A stretch of DNA of 64,000 bases, from contig JACPJN010000006.1 of the NCBI GenBank assembly GCA_016187515.1, positions 128,856-192,855 on the forward strand, in the 5' to 3' direction. The DNA is from Candidatus Uhrbacteria bacterium. GTDB lineage: Bacteria; Patescibacteriota; Patescibacteriia; GWA2-47-26. Below are positions 43,457 to 50,289 of this stretch, piece after piece. A model generated the notes under the pieces. It was not told the origin of the DNA, searched no databases, and saw only the letters and a list, made by a program, of their open reading frames with translations. Both the position numbers and the translations under genes were made by a program. Numbering within the stretch: position 1 is the stretch's first letter; the number at the start of each line of letters is the position of its first letter.

Positions 43457-44122
43457 CTATGATATGGTGGCCCGCACTACCCCACGCTGTCTGATCGTTC
43501 CGTCTTCATTCAAAACGGCGGCCTTCACTAAGTCCACGGTTTCGGCCATCAGATGGGGCGAACCACTTTCTTCCGCAAAAAATGCTGCCATGTTCGAATA
43601 CAAGGAATGTAGGGGTACGGCAAATTCTATCTTTCCTCTATCTGGTTGACGAACCGTAACCACCAGCACACCCGGATTATCCCCATGCACCCTGGTGCCC
43701 AAGAAATCCTGTCCCAAAGCTGACTTGAGATACGCATCCAACTTTTTGGGATCATTACGATTTATTCCACCTCTCTCATTGTAAAATGCTCTCCAACCCT
43801 GAAGTAATGCGACGGGAGTTAACACTTCTGCTGGGGGTCGTTCTGGGGGGCGTACTGAAGCAATTCCACTTCTCTCGGCAGGAGGACCGACGGCGAGCGG
43901 CTTGCGAAGATTGTTTAGTATTTGCTCGACACCGTCCCTCACTACCTGTTCTGGTATTTTGCTTAAATCCACCTTAAATAATCGTGCAAAATCATCCCTG
44001 ACCATTCTAACTAATCCTTTAAGCGCCTTTTCCGTCTCCGCCGGACTTGGTTCTGTTTCGCCGACCGGTAACGTATCTTGTTTTATTTCGGGCAGTGGAC
44101 CACCTGATCTTTCGGTTCGCAT
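43457..44122 (-). CDS. hypothetical protein, paralog of 46130..46741 (GWRAF(F/Y)NE..G ... VPLHSLYSN family)
   Basis: Shares LQGWRAFYNERGG...DPKKLD...G....V.....R..IEFAVPLHSLYSNMAAFF with the 46130 product. No known family recognised. Confidence 0.5.
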   Translation of the reverse strand: MRTERSGGPLPEIKQDTLPVGETEPSPAETEKALKGLVRMVRDDFARLFKVDLSKIPEQVVRDGVEQILNNLRKPLAVGPPAERSGIASVRPPERPPAEVLTPVALLQGWRAFYNERGGINRNDPKKLDAYLKSALGQDFLGTRVHGDNPGVLVVTVRQPDRGKIEFAVPLHSLYSNMAAFFAEESGSPHLMAETVDLVKAAVLNEDGTIRQRGVVRATIS

Positions 44123-44327
44123 AAAATTTAGGCAATTACTACTTATACCCTAATAGCACTCTTTCTCTAAAAAAGTCAAAGGGAAGTGAGTTCTGCTTGC
44201 GCCAACTCCGCTTGCGCTTTATTTTGGGCTGCTTTTGCTTCACGCGCGGCGGCAAGTTTTTCTTTTGGTGATGGGCGTTCTGTCATATATTGTCGCTCCT
44301 ATTCAGGTTATCGAAATATCGTGGTTA

Positions 44328-44573
44328 TTAGGTACTGGCCATGCTTAACCGCATCTCAATCTTGCCCACCCGCTCCTCAACCCGATCTACTTTTGAACGC
44401 AACGCGACCAGTTCCAAATCCAACGTCTCGTGAAGTTTTATGAATCCGTCAATATGGGTCAACATGCGATCTTCGGATGCTTGCATCTCTTCCTTAGTGG
44501 CGGTATGCTCACGCACATAGACATCCAGATCTATGAGTTTGATCAGTATCTTATTTAGTAATTCTTCAGACAT
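44328..44573 (-). CDS. hypothetical small coiled-coil protein (81 aa)
   Basis: Heptad-like charged sequence. No family recognised. Confidence 0.35.
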   Translation of the reverse strand: MSEELLNKILIKLIDLDVYVREHTATKEEMQASEDRMLTHIDGFIKLHETLDLELVALRSKVDRVEERVGKIEMRLSMAST

Positions 44574-44608
44574 AGGTTTACTTATTTCACTTTTATCATA
44601 TCATCCCT

Positions 44609-44695
44609 CATGTTTTTAGACAAGCCCCATCTTCTTCTTGACCTCCTGAGGGGTTTTTTGTGCCAGTGGTCGGGCGCGGCGCCGGATGTAATTAT
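44609..44695 (-). pseudogene. degenerate duplicate of the trpS 3' terminus (encodes IGYNYIRRRARPLAQKTPQEVKKKMGLV*)
   Basis: Compare genuine TrpS C-terminus KKARPIAQKTLEEVKKKMGLT*. The DNA is also similar: gacaagccccatcttcttcttgacctcctgaggggttttttg versus gtcaaccccatttttttcttcacctcctcaagagttttttg. Confidence 0.7.
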
Positions 44696-44970
44696 ATCCG
44701 ATCCATGTATCGGTAAATCCAATGGTGTGGTCCGACAGTCAAAAAATAGATAGTAGTCGTATCCTTAAAACGGAACAATACTCGATAATTTTCGTCAATA
44801 CGGAAACTCCACACCTCTTTAGCTTTAGGGTGGAGTTTTTCGGTATCCAGAGAAGTATGAAACGGATTGGCACGGAATAACGTTTCCCGCCGTTCTGCTT
44901 TCTTTTGAATGTGGAGTGGCAATTCCGAGTAGCGGCGCTCAAATTCCTCCGTATAGAAAATTGTAATCAC
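44692..44970 (-). CDS. RelE/ParE-family type II toxin
   Basis: KLHPKAKEVWSFRIDENYRVLFRFKDTTTIYFLTVGPHH matches the RelE/ParE core pattern (R..YR...R.....I.....GPH..Y). Preceded by a small antitoxin-size gene. Confidence 0.6.
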   Translation of the reverse strand: MITIFYTEEFERRYSELPLHIQKKAERRETLFRANPFHTSLDTEKLHPKAKEVWSFRIDENYRVLFRFKDTTTIYFLTVGPHHWIYRYMDRI

Positions 44971-44980
44971 ACGGCTACGG

Positions 44981-45187
44981 CTACGCGCGAAGATCGCGGA
45001 GACTTTTTAGCTTTCTGACTCGGCCAGCGCGAATATCTGCCTCCGCACGATCAATACTGGCAATAAATTCATTGCCAAAAAACCCCAAAGAATCAGCCAA
45101 TCGCTCAAAACCATGACGATCCATTTCCACAGAAATCTTTCTGGGGGTTTTCTGAATAATCGTAAGGGGTAGGGTGGTAGTGCTCAT
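44981..45187 (-). CDS. antitoxin partner of RelE/ParE toxin (68 aa)
   Basis: Small gene 11 nt upstream of the toxin gene on the same strand. Confidence 0.5.
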   Translation of the reverse strand: MSTTTLPLTIIQKTPRKISVEMDRHGFERLADSLGFFGNEFIASIDRAEADIRAGRVRKLKSLRDLRA

Positions 45188-45253
45188 ATTCTAACTACAG
45201 CGTATCACGCCATGCTTATGATGTCAACCCCGTAGTGAAAGTGCCGAACTTCT

Positions 45254-45300
45254 ACTACAGGGTCAATCCCATTTTCTTTTTCACCTCTGTCTTTTTTGGC
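45254..45300 (-). pseudogene. second degenerate duplicate of the trpS 3' terminus (encodes ...KKTEVKKKMGLTL*)
   Basis: gtcaatcccattttctttttcacctctgtcttttttgg aligns to the genuine trpS end at 46804-46850. Confidence 0.65.
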
Positions 45301-45316
45301 GGTAGATTTTTAGCAT

Positions 45317-46087
45317 TCATCCGCCGATCTCTTTGAGCAATCGAATAACGTCATTTCTAAGTCCGACATACTCTTCGTACGCGTTTTCATATGGCTGCAA
45401 TTCTGGTGACCGTTCAAAAGATTCCGGTTTCCTAGCTCGTCTAATCGACTTTTCTTTTGCAAGCGCTTCAACTTGTGGTTCGAGTGCGCGTAAACGCTCT
45501 AGAGCGGAAGAAAGCTCGCTCTGTAAAGTTGCCAGCTTCTCCGGAGACATATCTCCACGATTTTGTATAATCTCGTCGAGTTGTTCTCCCCGTAAACTTA
45601 CCTCTCCACTAGCTCGCATTTTCTTAACATCCTCAGAAGAAAGCTCGCCTTTCAATGCTGCAAGTACTTGCTCAGTGGTCCGTATATGGTCACGTTTAAA
45701 CGAGTCACCCGCTTGCTCCCACTGGGTCTGGAGATATTCTATATCTTCTGGCTTGTCCGGCGCCTTAAAAGCATGGTATGCCCATGTTCTCGCCCTATCT
45801 CGCAATGCTTCCATGCCTACTTTCGTGTCGAGATCGCTGGACTTGTCCTCGCGCCCCACCACCGCCGCCTTCATTTGTGCTTGCAGTTGTTTGCCTTCCT
45901 CCGATACTTGCCGTAAGAATTTTATATGGTCCGATACTCCGGGAGATTTTTTAAGTTCTTCCATAGCCCATTGATCACGGCCCCTAAAATCCCTCCGCAC
46001 TTCTTCCATGGTGCGCTCTGCGCGCTGTCCAACCATCTCTTGTTCTGCACGTTTTTGCATGCGCTCTTGGTCTTCAGGTCTTGACAT
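45317..46087 (-). CDS. hypothetical coiled-coil protein (256 aa)
   Basis: Highly charged with a predicted long helix. Downstream partner of 46130..46741. Confidence 0.4.
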   Translation of the reverse strand: MSRPEDQERMQKRAEQEMVGQRAERTMEEVRRDFRGRDQWAMEELKKSPGVSDHIKFLRQVSEEGKQLQAQMKAAVVGREDKSSDLDTKVGMEALRDRARTWAYHAFKAPDKPEDIEYLQTQWEQAGDSFKRDHIRTTEQVLAALKGELSSEDVKKMRASGEVSLRGEQLDEIIQNRGDMSPEKLATLQSELSSALERLRALEPQVEALAKEKSIRRARKPESFERSPELQPYENAYEEYVGLRNDVIRLLKEIGG

Positions 46088-46129
46088 AATTTTAGAGATT
46101 AAATTTTAACTCCCTACTTTCGCCTTTTT

Positions 46130-46741
46130 TCAGTGCACGCTGACCCTAACAAGCCCTCTCTTTTTAACTTCCCCATCCTCAAATTCCGCGGCCTCAAGTA
46201 AATCGTCAACTTCAGCTAACATTAGATTTGTTTTATCGTCTGCCTCAAAATGACTAGCAAAATTGGAATATAAGCTGTGGAGTGGCACTCCAAATATCCT
46301 CATCCTCTGACCCACGCGAACTTGTATTTGGGCAACACCAGGTTGACTATAATCCGGCCGAATACTAACCAAACGATCTCCCAATTTGCTCCGTAGTTCT
46401 TGCTCCAATTTTTTAATATCATTTTGATACCGTCCTTTTTCTGCATTAAAGAACGCTCGCCATCCTGTAAGAATCTCCGTTGGGGTACCTGCTTCTACGG
46501 ATTCGCGGACCTCAGCAGTGCTCCCACCTACATTTCCCAGCTTCGGCATTGTTTCCGTGCGCTTTCCTGAGCTAGCGCGTAACTGGGTCATCATTTCTGC
46601 TAGGCCGCGCTTAATTATCTCGTCTGGAATTGCGTCGTTCGGAATCCCCGCATTCATCGCGAGATACGAACGAATACTCTCCGTGGCTCTACCGCGGAGT
46701 TCTTCAATATAAGCGTCCTCTCCCTCCCTATGTTCTAACAT
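46130..46741 (-). CDS. hypothetical protein, paralog of 43457..44122
   Basis: LTGWRAFFNAEKGRYQNDIKKLEQELRSKLGDRLVSIRPDYSQPGVAQIQVRVGQRMRIFGVPLHSLYSNFASHF. See the paralog for details. Confidence 0.5.
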   Translation of the reverse strand: MLEHREGEDAYIEELRGRATESIRSYLAMNAGIPNDAIPDEIIKRGLAEMMTQLRASSGKRTETMPKLGNVGGSTAEVRESVEAGTPTEILTGWRAFFNAEKGRYQNDIKKLEQELRSKLGDRLVSIRPDYSQPGVAQIQVRVGQRMRIFGVPLHSLYSNFASHFEADDKTNLMLAEVDDLLEAAEFEDGEVKKRGLVRVSVH

Positions 46742-46803
46742 ATGTGGTTATGACTCATTAATTCAGTGTGGATGATTCAGTTGAATATACCAGCTTACCT
46801 TGC

Positions 46804-47862
46804 CTATGTCAACCCCATTTTTTTCTTCACCTCCTCAAGAGTTTTTTGAGCAATGGGACGAGCTTTTTTTGAACCGGCGTCAAGTACTTCTTCCACGTAT
46901 CCTTTCTTCTTCTCCAGTTCGCGACGGCGTTTTTGGATTGGCTCTAAAAATTTCACTACCGCTTCGGCAAGTCCCGCTTTAAACTCGGCATATCCTTTAC
47001 CCGCGTATTGTTTTTCAAGTTTAGAAATTGGCAGACCGGAAACTTCCGAGTAAATCGTAAGTAAATTGGTTAGCGCGGGTTTGTCGTTTCCGGATTTGAT
47101 CTCGCGGCCGGAATCGGTAACCGCGGTTTTTATTTTCTGCCGCACCTCATCCGAACTATCGGAAAGCGCAACGCCTTCATCACCTGTTTTGGACATTTTC
47201 TTTTTCGGATCTTTGAGCGACATGATGCGCGCGCCGTGTGTGAGCTCGGCTTTGACTGGAGGGAAAAACCCAGTGCTGTCATCCTGAGGAGTGGAACGAC
47301 GAAGGATCCCGTCCCTACTTCCACGGGATTCTTCGCTGCGCTCAGAATGACGAGATGGGGAAGCGAACATCCGATTAAACCGCCTCGCGATCATGTTCGT
47401 AAGTTCAATATGCGGAAGCTGATCCTCGCCAACCGGTACCAGATCGGCTTTGTAAATCAAAATGTCGGCGGCCATCAGCGCCGGATAGGCCAAAAGCCCC
47501 AAATTCACATATTCCGGGTGTTGCACGATTTTTTCTTTGTAGGTGGGCACGCGCTCAAACCAGGAAACCGGACTGATGGATTGAAAAATCCAGCCCAACT
47601 CCACATGCTCCGGCACCTGGGATTGCACGATAAGCGTCGCGCGCTTGGGATCAAGCCCGACCGCCAAATAATCCAGCGCCACCTCGCGCACATTTTCCCG
47701 CAGCTCCTCCGGCGAAAAAGGCGTGGTAATTGCGTGATAATCCACGATTGCATATATACAATCGTGCTTTTCTTGAAGCGTAATCCAATTTTTGATCGCG
47801 CCCAAATAGTTGCCGAGGTGCAGTCGGCCTGATGGGCGGATGCCGGAGAAAACACGGGTCAT
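46804..47862 (-). CDS. trpS: tryptophan--tRNA ligase
   Basis: HIGH region SGIRPSGRLHLGNYLG and KMSKS region KKMSKTGD. Contains a roughly 33-aa in-frame insertion (SPSRHSERSEESRGSRDGILRRSTPQDDSTGFF) encoded by a palindromic element at 47268-47345. Confidence 0.9.
   Translation of the reverse strand: MTRVFSGIRPSGRLHLGNYLGAIKNWITLQEKHDCIYAIVDYHAITTPFSPEELRENVREVALDYLAVGLDPKRATLIVQSQVPEHVELGWIFQSISPVSWFERVPTYKEKIVQHPEYVNLGLLAYPALMAADILIYKADLVPVGEDQLPHIELTNMIARRFNRMFASPSRHSERSEESRGSRDGILRRSTPQDDSTGFFPPVKAELTHGARIMSLKDPKKKMSKTGDEGVALSDSSDEVRQKIKTAVTDSGREIKSGNDKPALTNLLTIYSEVSGLPISKLEKQYAGKGYAEFKAGLAEAVVKFLEPIQKRRRELEKKKGYVEEVLDAGSKKARPIAQKTLEEVKKKMGLT
47268..47345. repeat. second palindromic insertion family (gtcatcctgag ... 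ctcagaatgac) in-frame in trpS
   Basis: Inverted termini gtcatcctgagg / cgctgcgctcagaatgac. A half-copy gtcatcccgagcgcagcgagggatc lies at 335-360 upstream of dprA. Confidence 0.55.
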
Positions 47863-47864
47863 AG

Positions 47865-48045
47865 ATTACAAATTGATAATTATTCTAATTATCCTAATTG
47901 ATCTAATTATTCTAAACAATGTCCAAGCACCTCACGCCCAAGGCGGATGCGCCTGAGGCGCAAAATCCCAATTTTGGTTATTGGATGTTGGGATTTGTTT
48001 AGGTCAATTAGAGTAATTAGGTGAATTAGGTCAATTCTCATTATA
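47865..48045. repeat. AATTAG-word low-complexity hairpin with a GC-rich loop insert; same family as 17913-18000
   Basis: ctaattatcctaattgatctaattattctaaac ... gcgcctgaggcgc ... ttgggatttgtttaggtcaattagagtaattaggtgaattagg. Confidence 0.55.
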
Positions 48046-49921
48046 CCTCAATCAACACCGGAAGCACCATCGGCCTCCGGCGCGTCATGGTATACAAGAA
48101 CTGCCCGACTTCGTTGCGGATTTTGTTTTTGATGTGATCTTCAAAGGCCGGTGATTTGGGATCCGTGTCGCGCAAGATTTTCTTAATCAGCGATCGCGCG
48201 CGCTCAATAAGTTCTTTCGATTCGCGCAGATACACAAAGCCGCGCGAGATAATATCCGGACTGCCCAAAAGCGCGCCGGTGCGTTTGTCAATCGTGACAA
48301 TCACCACAAACATCCCGTCATCGGCTAACTGCTGCCGGTCGCGCAAGACCACCTCGGAGACATCGCCAACCCCGAGGCCATCAACCATGACATAGTCGGT
48401 CGGAACATACCGATCCGTCAGCCGGCCGCCCTGCTCATCAAACTCCATGACCTGGCCGTTATCCGCGACAAAGACGTTTTCCTCCTTGTATCCAATGCCG
48501 GTTGCCAGATCAGCGTGCGCTTGCAGCATAAAGCGATTCGCATGAATTGGAATCACATAGCGCGGACGAGTAAGCTGCATCATGAGTTTAAGCTCTTCTT
48601 GTTTGGCATGACCGCCGGCATGAATATCCATAAATTGATAGTGGTAAATTTTTGCGCCGTGGCGGATAAGCGCGTCCTTTAGACCTTGAATCGTGCGCTC
48701 ATTGCCCGGAATGACGGAAGAAGAGAAAATAATCGAGTCGCCCTTTTTAAGCGAGATTAAACGGTGCTCGTTGTTGGCGATGCGCATGAGCTGGGCATTC
48801 TTTTCGCCTTGCGCGCCCGTGCAAATAATGGTGACTTTGTTGTCAGGAAGACGATTAAAATCACGATCTTCGATAAATAAGCCGGTTTTGTATTTTAGGT
48901 AGCCGAGTCCATGAGCAATCTCAACGTTAGTGACCATGGAACGCCCTTGAATAAGCACTTTCCGCCCGTATTTTTCCGAAAGAGTTAAGAGATGCTGAAT
49001 ACGGGTTAGAAGCGATGCAAAGGTTCCAAAGATTAGACGACCTTGAGAATTCGCGGCAAAAATTTTCTCCAGTTCCTCAAATACTTGCTGTTCTGAAATT
49101 TGGTGTCCGGGAAAAGGCGCGTCGGTCGCATCGGAAAAAAGCGCCAGCACTCCGCGATCGCCAAACGAGCGCACGTGGTCAATATCCGCCGGCGGCTCGT
49201 TGACCGGGGTGTAATCAAATTTGAAATCGCCGGTGTGGAGCATAAGCCCATACGGGGTCTGAAGCGCCGCCCCGGTTGAGTCGGCAATATTGTGATTCAC
49301 ATGAAACGGCTCAAAGACAAAATGTCTCCCCAGCGCGATTTTCATCTTCGGCTTGATCAGCACGATATTCGGTTTTGGCGCTTTGGGAAATTCTTCTTGC
49401 CGCTTGCGGATAATCCCGGCCGAAAGCGCGGTAGTAAAGACCGGCGGATTGCCCAGTTTTCCAAGCAAATGCGGAATGCCGCCAATGTGATCATAATGGC
49501 CATGCGTTACAATAACGCCCCGGATATTGCGCTCTTTGCCGCGCAGACAAGCAATGTTGGGAATGATGTAATCAATGCCGTGCATGTCTTCTTCCGGAAA
49601 CTGGAGCCCCATGTCCACAATCACAATATCCTCTCCGCATTCATAAACCATGCAGTTGCGTCCCACCTCCTCCAGCCCGCCCAGCGCGTAGATTAGCAAT
49701 TTGGGGGGCCGGCCGCTGGCGGCCCGAGCAGGAGCGGAGGCGGCGATACTCCGGCTTTCCCCGGCCGTGCTCACGATCAGACGCGGCTCGCTTTTGCGCG
49801 GGGCAGATTTTCCATGCCTAAACGGGCCGCGCCGACGGCGCGGTCTAGGATTGCGAGTGCCGCTGCCGTGTGCTGATCCTGGAGCTGAAATAGTTTTCGC
49901 TGTGAATTCCGCTGATTCCAT
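48041..49921 (-). CDS. rnj: ribonuclease J (metallo-beta-lactamase / beta-CASP)
   Basis: HxHxDH motif VTHGHYDHIGG. beta-CASP motifs and the C-terminal domain are present. The Arg-rich N-terminal extension of about 70 aa may not be translated. The conserved core begins near KLLIYALGGLEEVGRNCM. Confidence 0.85.
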   Translation of the reverse strand: MESAEFTAKTISAPGSAHGSGTRNPRPRRRRGPFRHGKSAPRKSEPRLIVSTAGESRSIAASAPARAASGRPPKLLIYALGGLEEVGRNCMVYECGEDIVIVDMGLQFPEEDMHGIDYIIPNIACLRGKERNIRGVIVTHGHYDHIGGIPHLLGKLGNPPVFTTALSAGIIRKRQEEFPKAPKPNIVLIKPKMKIALGRHFVFEPFHVNHNIADSTGAALQTPYGLMLHTGDFKFDYTPVNEPPADIDHVRSFGDRGVLALFSDATDAPFPGHQISEQQVFEELEKIFAANSQGRLIFGTFASLLTRIQHLLTLSEKYGRKVLIQGRSMVTNVEIAHGLGYLKYKTGLFIEDRDFNRLPDNKVTIICTGAQGEKNAQLMRIANNEHRLISLKKGDSIIFSSSVIPGNERTIQGLKDALIRHGAKIYHYQFMDIHAGGHAKQEELKLMMQLTRPRYVIPIHANRFMLQAHADLATGIGYKEENVFVADNGQVMEFDEQGGRLTDRYVPTDYVMVDGLGVGDVSEVVLRDRQQLADDGMFVVIVTIDKRTGALLGSPDIISRGFVYLRESKELIERARSLIKKILRDTDPKSPAFEDHIKNKIRNEVGQFLYTMTRRRPMVLPVLIEV

Positions 49922-49974
49922 AGAGTTGAATGTAAAATTTAAAATGTAAAATGTAAAATTGTTTATTAAGAATT

Positions 49975-50024
49975 TGGGCGAGGAGGGAGTCGAACCCTCA
50001 TGCCTTGCGGCATACGCTCCTGAA
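49975..50024 (-). pseudogene. tRNA 3'-half fragment (anticodon loop TTCAGGA through acceptor 3' strand CCTCGCCC)
   Basis: Minus strand reads TTCAGGAGCGTATGCCGCAAGGCATGAGGGTTCGACTCCCTCCTCGCCCA. There is no 5' half adjacent. Its acceptor strand is perfectly complementary to the 5' fragment at 50230-50285. Confidence 0.55.
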
Positions 50025-50037
50025 GCCCGCCTAAATT

Positions 50038-50121
50038 TGCCCAGAGGGGGACTCGAACCCCCATGGCCTTGCGACCGCTAGCTCCTGAAGCTAGTGCGTC
50101 TGCCAATTCCGCCACCTGGGC
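50038..50121 (-). tRNA. tRNA-Leu (anticodon CAG), class II
   Basis: Minus-strand sequence GCCCAGGTGGCGGAATTGGCAGACGCACTAGCTTCAGGAGCTAGCGGTCGCAAGGCCATGGGGGTTCGAGTCCCCCTCTGGGCA. It abuts 13-bp inverted repeats cccgcctaaattt (50025-50037) and aaatttaggcggg (50122-50134) on both sides. Confidence 0.85.
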
Positions 50122-50134
50122 AAATTTAGGCGGG

Positions 50135-50203
50135 TGAACTAGTGCGCCTGCCCAGCACCGAGCTTCGCTCTGGTGCTGGGTCTGCCAATTCCGCCACCGC
50201 GGC
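50135..50203 (-). pseudogene. tRNA 5'-half fragment (acceptor, D-arm, then a 32-nt hairpin insert, truncated in the anticodon loop at TTCA)
   Basis: Minus strand reads GCCGCGGTGGCGGAATTGGCAGAC then CCAGCACCAGAGCGAAGCTCGGTGCTGGGCAG then GCGCACTAGTTCA. Confidence 0.5.
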
Positions 50204-50229
50204 ATTGGTGTGGGGGTGAATCTGCCAAC

Positions 50230-50285
50230 CTGTCCCGCCGCCCTCCGACCGTAGTCGGAGTGGTGCGGGATTCCACCACTCGCCC
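50230..50285 (-). pseudogene. tRNA 5'-half fragment (GGGCGAG acceptor + D-arm + 7-bp hairpin), complementary to 3' fragment 49975-50024
   Basis: Minus strand reads GGGCGAGTGGTGGAATCCCGCACCACTCCGACTACGGTCGGAG.... It starts 5 nt after the stop of the solute-binding-protein gene. Confidence 0.5.
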
Positions 50286-50289
50286 ATTC

